Shown: positions 27,517-34,897 of the stretch, piece by piece
Position numbering within the stretch: position 1 is the first letter of the stretch
How the letters are laid out: each line of letters starts with the position of its first letter
From: Candidatus Parcubacteria bacterium
GTDB taxonomy: Bacteria > Patescibacteriota > Minisyncoccia > JACPXH01
Assembly (NCBI GenBank): GCA_016196625.1
Contig: JACPXH010000006.1
Coordinates: 32,660-96,659 of the forward strand
DNA: 64,000 bases
Reading direction: 5' to 3'
Translations under genes and position numbers: made by a program
The notes under the pieces: model-generated
What the model was told of the DNA's origin: nothing
The model's database searches: none
The model's input: the letters and a program-made list of their open reading frames with translations, nothing else

Positions 27517-27560
27517 GCGGTCAGTCAATATCAACAGGCGGCCGGAACGGCCGCCTGTTG
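27517..27560 (+). terminator. rho-independent terminator (AATATCAACAGGCGGCC-GGAA-CGGCCGCCTGTTGATATT + TTTAG)
   Basis: Perfect 17 bp stem, then ATATTTTA. Confidence 0.7.
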
Positions 27561-27842
27561 ATATTTTAGAGGTCTTGCGTCTGTCGCGGTTTTCAGCTAT
27601 CTATAGGGAGGGTGTCCTTTTGCAACGAATCGAAGTAGATGATCTCGCTGGAGGACTTTGCCTCGCCCTCCTTGTTATCACGGCCCTTGTAGTTTTTGCC
27701 GCACCACTCGCACCTGATATTCCCGCCTGTTCCGCCTCCGCTCTCCCCAAACAGCCCCTACGTCTCCTCAAACCGCGCCATGGCGAACCTCCTCTCTCGG
27801 GTTCGGGAAGCTGCAGGTTTGCGATTGCTGCTTCGAGGAGAT

Positions 27843-27866
27843 CGTGCGTGCGTGCGTGCGTGCGTG
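27843..27866. repeat. tetranucleotide microsatellite (CGTG)x6
   Basis: Perfect six-unit repeat. Lies inside overlapping + and - ORFs of uncertain reality. Confidence 0.9.
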
Positions 27867-28018
27867 CGGTGCTTTCGCTCATGCCGCGGATCATCCCATG
27901 GTTCATCCGGATACTTCAGAGTAGGCGTCAGCGGCTCGAGGGCCAGGAAGCGATGATTGTCCAGCTTCGCCGGGCTCTCAAGCAGTGATCGTGGGCAGTG
28001 TGAATAGGAGGCAACGTT

Positions 28019-28594
28019 ATGCGACTCATCGGACAGTGTCCGGCTTGCGGCAAGGACGATCAGTGTTTTCGGGTGGAGCCGCCGCGGGGCGGCATCGTCG
28101 GCGTCGGATGTCGTTCCTGCGGGCAGATGTGGTCTTCGGTGCCCGGCGCGGTGGCCGAGGCGATCCGTAACGGACGGCGGCTCGTTCCAGTTTCTATCGA
28201 GCGCGATCCGCACCTCGTCATTGTCACGCAGCCCCTCAAGGCTGACATTCCGGGCGCTCACCTCCTGATTCGCGCGTTCAATGAAGCACTGCGGGCTGTC
28301 TTCGGTTTGGGGAAGTGCCATGCGATCGAGGAAGGCATCGAGGGTGTGTACGACGGAGAGCCGATTGAGTTGCGCAATTTTACCGATGCGTGGATCGGCC
28401 TCGAAGACGCCCACCGCTTCGCAGACGCTTCGGGCGATCCCGGCGCCAGCGAGCGCTGCCAAGAGATTCTCGGACAGTACGAGCTTCTCTTGCGGATGCT
28501 GTCGGTGAGGAGGGGCTGCGCGTCGGCCGCGAGTGGACCCGGGGCGCCATCCTCAAGCTGCATATCCGCGATTCGTGCCGCGAGGAGAAGGTGA
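28019..28594 (+). CDS. hypothetical zinc-ribbon protein (C-terminal part may be mis-framed and continue in ORF 28390..28776)
   Basis: CPACGK...CRSCG at the N-terminus. Protein-like for ~150 aa, then R/S-rich. ORF 28390..28776 in another frame has a protein-like C-terminus. Confidence 0.3.
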   Translation: MRLIGQCPACGKDDQCFRVEPPRGGIVGVGCRSCGQMWSSVPGAVAEAIRNGRRLVPVSIERDPHLVIVTQPLKADIPGAHLLIRAFNEALRAVFGLGKCHAIEEGIEGVYDGEPIELRNFTDAWIGLEDAHRFADASGDPGASERCQEILGQYELLLRMLSVRRGCASAASGPGAPSSSCISAIRAARRR

Positions 28595-28794
28595 AGTTGC
28601 TTCTCTGGTGCACGATTCAGCGGTGCTTGGGAGGTCAGGTCGTCGAGCAAGTGTTCCGGCGGCTTGATTGGGCGGTGAGTCGCGCTGCGCTCGCAGTCTA
28701 CGCATCAAGCATGAGCGAGGCGGAGATCGCGGAACAGTTCTGGTTGCGAGAATCGGTGGCACAAAACAGCTCGTAGGAGGAAACAACAAGAGGC

Positions 28795-28835
28795 GCCCCG
28801 TCCCGATGTATCGGGACGGGGCGCGATTCGTTTTT
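28795..28835 (+). terminator. rho-independent terminator (GCCCCGTCCCGAT-GTAT-CGGGACGGGGC + GATTCGTTTTT)
   Basis: 12 bp GC stem plus T-run. Confidence 0.65.
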
Positions 28836-29006
28836 CGCGGTCTGGGGCCATATGGAGTTGACCCCGTACCACAACGCGCCGCAGATACTTACTCTTAATT
28901 CGCCGTCCAACTAGTTATGGACGCACCGACCCGGCAATTTCGCTCCGCCGTTGTGGTACGGGGTTGACGGCGCATCCGTTGCCGCTATACTTGAAGCATC
29001 CATACC

Positions 29007-29408
29007 ATGGCGAAAGCGCACAAAACCGCAGCGAATGGCCCGGTGAATATTCGAGCTGAATTCAGAAAGCTTGGTATTTTGGTCGAGCATGGAAACGATC
29101 AATTTCGAGCGGTTCGGGAGCAATACGGGAGTATTCAGAGGACGCTCGATAGCCACACACAGGCCCTCGCCACCCATACGCGTATTCTCGACTACCATTC
29201 GAGACTTCTTGAGCATCATTCCGAACTTCTCGAAGCGCACTCGGAGACATTGAAGTCGCATACCGAGATGATTGCTAGTTTATCGGTAGATATGGCGATT
29301 GTGAAACAGGATATTGCGCTCATCAAAAGCGCTTTTAAGCAGAAGGTTGATCGAGATGAGTTCGCTGCTTTAGAGCGGCGAGTGGCGCTTCTCGAGAGGA
29401 AGAGGTAG
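29007..29408 (+). CDS. hypothetical coiled-coil protein with H-x3-L heptad repeats
   Basis: TTGACG-16-TATACT promoter at 28964-28991. Repeats of the form LDSHTQALATHTRILDYHSRLLEHHSELLEAHSETLKSHTEM. Confidence 0.5.
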   Translation: MAKAHKTAANGPVNIRAEFRKLGILVEHGNDQFRAVREQYGSIQRTLDSHTQALATHTRILDYHSRLLEHHSELLEAHSETLKSHTEMIASLSVDMAIVKQDIALIKSAFKQKVDRDEFAALERRVALLERKR

Positions 29409-29433
29409 GAAGCGGTTTTTATTACGCTTCAAG

Positions 29434-29468
29434 CCAAAATCCGGCCCCAGGGGCCGGATTTTGGCTTC
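29434..29468. terminator. bidirectional hairpin terminator (GCCAAAATCCGGCCCC-AGG-GGCCGGATTTTGGC)
   Basis: Perfect 15 bp stem flanked by A/T runs on both sides. Confidence 0.65.
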
Positions 29469-29536
29469 ATGGGCTTGCGTGGATTTTTAACAATGGCTCT
29501 ATAGAGCCGTTTCCGCGTTTTATTTGTTTGAACGCA

Positions 29537-29565
29537 TTGACAACTAACTTTCAAGGTGCTATAAT
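29537..29565 (+). promoter_or_regulatory. consensus sigma70 promoter TTGACA-17-TATAAT
   Basis: Perfect hexamers with a 17 bp spacer. Drives transcription into direct-repeat copy 1. Confidence 0.65.
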
Positions 29566-29576
29566 GTAAGAGTAAA

Positions 29577-29661
29577 ATAGAAGTTTCAGATGGAGTTCCT
29601 TGAGACAAAACCAGAATGGCGCCGCCGGCCTCCGCCAGATGGCGGGAACGGGCGAGAAGGA
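29577..29661 (+). repeat. ~85 bp direct repeat, copy 1 (flanks vapBC)
   Basis: ATAGAAGTTTCAGATGGAGTTCCTTGAGACAAAACCAGAATGGCGCCGCCGGCCTCCGCCAGATGGCGGGAACGGGCGAGAAGGA. About 93% identical to 30387-30472. Confidence 0.85.
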
Positions 29662-29691
29662 AGAGAGGAAGAAGGAGTTCTTCAAAAAATA

Positions 29692-30066
29692 TCACAAGGT
29701 AAGAATGTTGAGTTCGGCTATCTTTTTGAAATCCCGAACGTTGCGCGTGACCAGAGATGAGTTTGTCAGGAGAGCAGTTGCGGCGATGATGCTATCTCCG
29801 AGCTGAAGCCCGTAGCGTCGGCGAACGAGCGCGGCAATATCGGCCATCTGGGCATCAACCGGAACAAGTACGAATTGTTCAAGCAGACGATAGATTTTTT
29901 TCTCTTCATTCTCGCGGAGAATCGGCGCGGCGAAAAGTTCAAGACGAGTAATTGCGGAAACGAAAAGCCGCTCGCCATCGAGTAGCCATTGCTCGAGCGT
30001 TTTGCTGACTTGTTGGTCACGCTCGAGGTGATAGATGAGGATGTTCGTGTCAATTGTCAAGGGCAC
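29692..30066 (-). CDS. vapC: PIN-domain toxin VapC (GTG start)
   Basis: PLTIDTNILIYHL ... LVTRNVRDF is the PIN domain with its conserved acidic residues. Confidence 0.85.
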   Translation of the reverse strand: MPLTIDTNILIYHLERDQQVSKTLEQWLLDGERLFVSAITRLELFAAPILRENEEKKIYRLLEQFVLVPVDAQMADIAALVRRRYGLQLGDSIIAATALLTNSSLVTRNVRDFKKIAELNILTL

Positions 30067-30078
30067 AGGTGCATGGAA

Positions 30079-30255
30079 TCAGCGGCGGACTGTGGCGTAG
30101 AGTTTGCGCATGGCGCGCTGGTACTTGATGGGGTCAAGCTTGCGGTTGCGCCACAAACCAGCGGTCTCACGGATGACCTTTTTAATCTCCGTTGGATCCC
30201 GGCGCAGTAGGGCCATAGCGCCAATCGTTGTTTTCTCCCGTGTTTTCGTGATCAT
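30079..30255 (-). CDS. vapB: putative VapB antitoxin (58 aa, not in ORF track)
   Basis: Hand translation: MITKTREKTTIGAMALLRRDPTEIKKVIRETAGLWRNRKLDPIKYQRAMRKLYATVRR. Stop lies 12 nt before the vapC GTG. Size and position fit an antitoxin. Confidence 0.5.
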   Translation of the reverse strand: MITKTREKTTIGAMALLRRDPTEIKKVIRETAGLWRNRKLDPIKYQRAMRKLYATVRR

Positions 30256-30386
30256 ACGCGTTCAGTATTACGAATCCAATTGCAATAGTCAAGGAATGTT
30301 GCAGGTCGAGAGAGGTTGGGAATTTAAGTTCTCGTTCTCTCTCGGTTCAAAGATGGGTCGATGTTTCTTCTTCGCAATTGCTGATG

Positions 30387-30472
30387 ATAGAAGTTTCAGA
30401 TGGAGTTCCTTGAGACAAAAACCAGAATGGCGTCGCCGGCCTCTGCCAGATGGCGGAAACGGGCGAGAGGGA
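30387..30472 (+). repeat. ~85 bp direct repeat, copy 2
   Basis: See 29577-29661. Followed by SD GAGGGAGGTGAGTGAG and an ATG at 30483. Confidence 0.85.
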
Positions 30473-30482
30473 GGTGAGTGAG

Positions 30483-31021
30483 ATGAAGTGCGATGAGGCA
30501 TTGGCAGCGGCCAAGCCGTTGTCGGGCGTAAAGATGGCGCAGTATCAATCGCCCGAGACGGGCGAGCGGTACCGCGCCGGGCTCGAATCCGAATCCAACG
30601 GTCGGTTTTGGATGTGGAAGATCGTTGGGGGGGGTGGGAGGTTGGTCGGGCCCGACGGATTCCCGGCTTCCTCCTCAAGGATCTCCGTGAGCGGGACGGT
30701 TGGATACCGGATCCGCCGACGGGAGACGGAGAGGGGCGTCGGGCAGCGCGTGAGGCCTCGGCGGCCCGCACGCGAGCTCTCGAAGAGGCTCGCCAGCGGG
30801 TGTCAGAGGCCGAGGCGCGCCGCGCAGCCGAGGCCCCGCTGGTTGCGTCTCGGGAGGCAGCCGCGGCCAAGGAGGCCCAGCGGCAGGCGCTCCTAAAAAA
30901 GAAAGAGCTCCTCGAGCGCAAGCTCAAAGAGTTCGAGGGGACTGGTCGCGAGGAGCAGGTTTTGGAATGGCTCCTCAAGGCGGAGGAAGAGCTGGCCGCC
31001 ATTGAAAAAGGAGGTGAGTGA
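30483..31021 (+). CDS. hypothetical protein interrupted by a -1 frame change at a G8 tract (30627-30634)
   Basis: The N-terminal frame (MKCDEALAAAKPLSG...) and the C-terminal frame (coiled-coil EARQRVSEAEARRAAEA...EELAAIEKGGE) join at GTTGGGGGGGGTGGG. Confidence 0.35.
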
Positions 31022-31022
31022 G

Positions 31023-31226
31023 ATGGCCGGTAAGCGCGTGACCGCCGTCTGCCCGGCGTGCAGCTGGGTGTGGCGGGTCTCGCAGGGCGCCGCGACGCGG
31101 TGCCCGTGCGGAACGAGGACCGCCCCCGACCGGTGGGGGCAGAAATACTCGGTCAGCCGCCGTCGCGGCCGAGTGGTGATCGTCTTCGCGGCGAAAACCG
31201 TGAAGAAGGTCGTGAAAGTGTACTAG
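31023..31226 (+). CDS. small zinc-ribbon protein
   Basis: AAAGGAGGTGAGTGAG-ATG. CPACS...CPCG motif. 67 aa. Confidence 0.4.
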   Translation: MAGKRVTAVCPACSWVWRVSQGAATRCPCGTRTAPDRWGQKYSVSRRRGRVVIVFAAKTVKKVVKVY

Positions 31227-32228
31227 GCGGCGAAAAGCAGCCGCACTAAGCTGTCGAACCGGCCACTACGCTCAACCGCTCAAACGGGCAACCGTGAGAG
31301 CAGACGGGAGCGCACGCCGGGGAAAATAACCGACCGAGTGCGGGGCGAGCTGGCGGAATTGGGGTTTTCGTCAGTTCAGCAAGGTCGGCGCGACGTGTTG
31401 AGTCAAACCGGAGGCTAACGCACGGCGTAAGGAAGATAAATCCGGAAGACAGCGCGCGGGACCAGTCGTGGTGGCGTTGTCGGGGCAGGCGAGATGCCTG
31501 ATCAACCCTCGCATCCATCCCCGGAGGGAAGGTCGAAATTTCGTGCAGTTCTTTAGCGGGCAAGAAAGCGTCTTGTCCCATCATCCGAGTCCATCAGCAG
31601 TTTGCTGGCGGATTGCGATGGGGAGGAGAGATAACCACAGACAACCTGACCGAACGTTCCGCGGCATGCCGCAGATCAAGCGCGCGGCGAACTGCGAATG
31701 ACGGTGGTTGAGCGCTGTGGGCCCGATGGGCAAGCCAGAGAGCGGAAATGCTCAGGCGACTCTACTCCTTCTCTCTTCTGAATTCCGAAATAGTTTGGGG
31801 TTCAGACGAGGGAATTGGAAAGTTCGTTGGCAAAACCGCGGATCCATTCCGCACCGCGCCCGACGGGGATCGGGCTTTGTGCCGAGTCGCGTTGAGCGAT
31901 GGGGCAGTGAGGTACCTTGGCAGAAACAGCGGGTTGAACCCGCACGCACGCCCCAGTCGAGTTCGCTTCGTGCGGACCGAATGAGGGGCGAGGAGAGAGC
32001 TATGTTCGTTGTGTTTGGGGTGAAAGTTGGTACTGAGCACGTTTTTGGCCGCTTTCCAAATTTGGAAGAGGCCAAGGATGAGGGCGAAAAGGTTGGATCG
32101 CCCCACCGGGAATTCCCAGGTCTCTGGGGGACCAGGGGTCGGGCAATTGGCATTGGGCCCAAGTGGCGTGGGCGAGCGGGGATGCGGCGGAGGATGCCGT
32201 CGCAGAGAAGTTGAGCAGGTTGGCGATT

Positions 32229-32522
32229 ATGGCGGATTTCCGAAACACGCTGCTCGATCTGGTCAGCGTGTTCGGCTGGCAGCTCGAACACCTCTCGCCT
32301 GCGGCGAGAGCGAGGATCCGCAGGGATGCTTTCGGCGGGTTACCGCCCGCCGAAAGCTCGCAGCCTAAATTTCTGGGGGCGTGGGAGGCGGTTTCCTTTT
32401 CGTCTTCGTCGAACCGCTGCATCGTTTGTGCGGCGAAGCAGGAGACAGTGGGTGCCTACGCCATCTGCCCGCGGTGCGGCACTTCTTGTGTCGTTGCCGC
32501 GATGCTCCTTGGCGTGAAGTAG
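32229..32522 (+). CDS. hypothetical protein with C-terminal zinc ribbon (CIVC...CPRCG)
   Basis: Protein-like ORF. A hairpin terminator follows at 32528-32560. Confidence 0.4.
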   Translation: MADFRNTLLDLVSVFGWQLEHLSPAARARIRRDAFGGLPPAESSQPKFLGAWEAVSFSSSSNRCIVCAAKQETVGAYAICPRCGTSCVVAAMLLGVK

Positions 32523-32671
32523 TCAAATGCGGGAGGACGTCTTGAGGCGACGTCCTCCCTTCCACCGAATCCATCAGCGTTGTTGGTGGGTTCAGTGGAG
32601 CGGGAGTTCCTTGCCGGGAACCGTTGGAGTTTCAGCTCGCCAACCGGCGGGTCTGAAGCAAGGAGGGAGCG

Positions 32672-32839
32672 ATGGAGCGAACGGCGCAGGAGATCGCGAA
32701 GTACGAGGCCGGGATTGATCGCATTTTCGCCGAGACCACGGCGGGGATGTTTGCTCCCGGTCTGATGGGAACGCTCTTCGCGATTCCCGTTGTGGCCGGC
32801 GGGATCGCGCTCATCGTAGTCAAATTCTTCCCGCCCTAA
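32672..32839 (+). CDS. small membrane protein (55 aa, below ORF-track cutoff)
   Basis: AAGGAGGGAGCG-ATG. Hand translation MERTAQEIAKYEAGIDRIFAETTAGMFAPGLMGTLFAIPVVAGGIALIVVKFFPP. Confidence 0.3.
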   Translation: MERTAQEIAKYEAGIDRIFAETTAGMFAPGLMGTLFAIPVVAGGIALIVVKFFPP

Positions 32840-32858
32840 GGAAAGGAGGAGGGATGCA

Positions 32859-33053
32859 ATGATGTTCATGGCGAGGTATCTATTTCCTATCTGGGGCGTT
32901 GTTTTGCTCGCAGGGGCCGGTTCGATGGCGTGGGACTTCTACGGCGTACCGGTGGTGCTTCCACCGCACGTCGCCCGGGCCATCGGCGGCATGGCTCTCA
33001 CCGGGGCGGCTGCGTTCGTTTGCAGCGCCCTGGCGTGGTCGGAGAGGAGGTGA
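32859..33053 (+). CDS. small membrane protein
   Basis: AAGGAAAGGAGGAGGG-ATG. Two hydrophobic helices. 64 aa. Confidence 0.35.
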   Translation: MMFMARYLFPIWGVVLLAGAGSMAWDFYGVPVVLPPHVARAIGGMALTGAAAFVCSALAWSERR

Positions 33054-33263
33054 GCAGAGTGATCTGGCGCGCGTGGCGTTTTTATTGGATTGTGAACGGA
33101 ATCGTCTGCTGGTCATGGGCCGAAGTGCGCGAAGCCCGGGCCAAGTAGACAGACCGCACCACAAGGAGGTGATGCGGACGGGCAGGCCGAGTAATCCAGC
33201 CTGCCCCTTCCACCGAGCTAATCTCGTGTGAGGTTGGTTCAGGGGAGGTGTGGCCTTGAAAAG

Positions 33264-33476
33264 TTATCGGAATTTCTCCTTGGGCAGTTTGGACTGCTTC
33301 ACGATGGCGAGAAAGGTGCCAATGTGGATTGGTCGGGACCTTCCATGAAGGGGAACCGGCACCATGGTGCCGGTTCGAGAATTCTTGAAAATCACGTGGC
33401 TTCCTTTCTGTCGTGCCAAGACGAATCCGTTCTCTTTGAGGATTTGGATGACGCGTTTTGCGGGCAGTGAGCGCAT
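33264..33476 (-). CDS. hicA: HicA-family mRNA interferase toxin
   Basis: VIQILKENGFVLARQKGSHVIFKNSRTGTMVPVPLHG matches the HicA/YcfA signature (GSH...P.H). Confidence 0.8.
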   Translation of the reverse strand: MRSLPAKRVIQILKENGFVLARQKGSHVIFKNSRTGTMVPVPLHGRSRPIHIGTFLAIVKQSKLPKEKFR

Positions 33477-33480
33477 GCCG

Positions 33481-33741
33481 TTATCGTTTCGCTGGCACCT
33501 TTACGGGGATTTCGTCAACAATGAGATGGCGTGAATATGTAGGGATTGTTTCGTTGGATTCTCGAAATTCCTCCAGCCACAGTTCCAAGACTTCCTGCGC
33601 CATTCGTTGCGCTTGTTCGAAGTTCCGGCCAAATGTGACACAGCCGGGGAATGAGGGGAATGAGACGTTATAGCCACCCTCTTGAGCAGGTTCGAAGACT
33701 GCGTAGTAGTGGAGGATTTTTGTCCGCGTTGTTCGTGTCAT
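33481..33741 (-). CDS. hicB: HicB-family antitoxin
   Basis: YYAVFEPAQEGGYNVSFPSFPGCVTFGRNFEQAQRMAQEVLELWLE is the UPF0150/HicB fold signature. Sits directly upstream of hicA. Confidence 0.8.
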   Translation of the reverse strand: MTRTTRTKILHYYAVFEPAQEGGYNVSFPSFPGCVTFGRNFEQAQRMAQEVLELWLEEFRESNETIPTYSRHLIVDEIPVKVPAKR

Positions 33742-33998
33742 GTGTTTAGCCGAAGAGTTTTGTTGGTTGCATTATATGAATTATAGTCGGTTGCCGCAAG
33801 GTATCGGGGATTGCCGCTTCAGATCTCCGTGAAAACGCGCTTGCCCCGTACAAATCGCTGCGCGATTCTACGGGGCTTGCTCTCTCGAGCACGTTTTTCC
33901 GGAGGTTTGTGGCGGGGATTGCCACAAGGCGCTGTTCTTTTCAGGGCGGTGGCTAAAAGCCACCCAAATCTCCTCGGAAAGAGGAGCAGGAAGGGAGG

Positions 33999-34679
33999 AT
34001 GGAGATGAAGGCAATGCTTCACTGGTTGGTTCGAAGTTCTCCGGTCATCGTATGCCTGCTGGTTTTGGCTGGGTTGGTTGCCGGGGCGGCCGACGTGGTC
34101 CCGAAGCAGTACCGTGAGGTGTTCGGTTACTACCTCATGGTGCTTATCGTCGGTATCATCGCCGGGACTGGCGTCACGGGTTTCTTCGAGTGGCTTTTCC
34201 CCGACGAGAACTCGGAAGAGTCGCAAGGCCTTGCCTTTGCCCTAGGCGTCGTTGTCCTTGCCATCTTCGCGACTGTGAACCTCACCGGCGCGAGGCTTGG
34301 ACGAGAACTGGCGCCGACTAGGATCGTCTACCAAGATGGGAACGTGTATGCGTTCACCACCTGGTGGGAGGCCGATCTGGGCCGCTGGGTGGCCTACCAG
34401 CGCAACGAGACTACCGGCGAGGAGACCCTTGGCCTCATGCCCAAGACGATCCTCGCGATCTACGCCGAGGCCAACGAGGTTTCGTTCGACCCCCGCACTG
34501 GTCAATCCTGTGGTGCGGTGAAGTCGAAAGACAGGGGAAAACTACAGCGGTGTGTGGAGGGCGCGTGGTGGCTGTACGTGTCTCGTCCCCGGTCGGACGA
34601 CGAGTTCTTCTTCCCGCTCGGGTCGCGCACGATGCGCGCGAAGGGAGTGGAGAGGTTCGCATCGGCCAGCCGCCTGTAG
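33999..34679 (+). CDS. hypothetical membrane protein
   Basis: SD AAGGGAGG. Three N-terminal TM helices plus a soluble domain. Confidence 0.5.
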   Translation: MEMKAMLHWLVRSSPVIVCLLVLAGLVAGAADVVPKQYREVFGYYLMVLIVGIIAGTGVTGFFEWLFPDENSEESQGLAFALGVVVLAIFATVNLTGARLGRELAPTRIVYQDGNVYAFTTWWEADLGRWVAYQRNETTGEETLGLMPKTILAIYAEANEVSFDPRTGQSCGAVKSKDRGKLQRCVEGAWWLYVSRPRSDDEFFFPLGSRTMRAKGVERFASASRL

Positions 34680-34803
34680 TTAAACGGATGACGAGTCCGC
34701 CCGGTGGTCGTTCTTGCAAGAGCTGTATCGGCGGTGGTGTCTCTAAGCGTCGCTCGCGAATGCGAGCGGCGCTTTACGCTTATCGGTCCGCTGGCGCCTC
34801 GGT

Positions 34804-34837
34804 TGCCGCATTATAATACGATCGTAGGATAATGCAG
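34804..34837. repeat. palindrome GCCGCATTATAATACGATCGTAGGATAATGCAGC (family 2, copy 3)
   Basis: Same element as 9759-9790. Sits ~60 nt upstream of the aspS start. Confidence 0.8.
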
Positions 34838-34897
34838 CAGGGGGCGAGACATCGCAAGGCAGCGCGCGGGGTGCTGTGGTATAATGACGTTCTTATG

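Noticed and set aside
27575-28462. ORFs 27575..27988 (+) and 27758..28462 (-) spanning the (CGTG)6 repeat as phase-variable genes
   Set aside because: Both have poor composition (R/H/P-rich or low complexity) and no convincing start signals. The microsatellite is real, but I cannot support a coding context for it.
29579-29760. Small peptide ORF starting in the 85-bp direct repeat (MEFLETKPEWRRRPPPDGG...)
   Set aside because: The two repeat copies differ by a 1-nt indel that puts the downstream parts in different frames. There is only a weak SD. It is more likely a non-coding leader than a conserved peptide.
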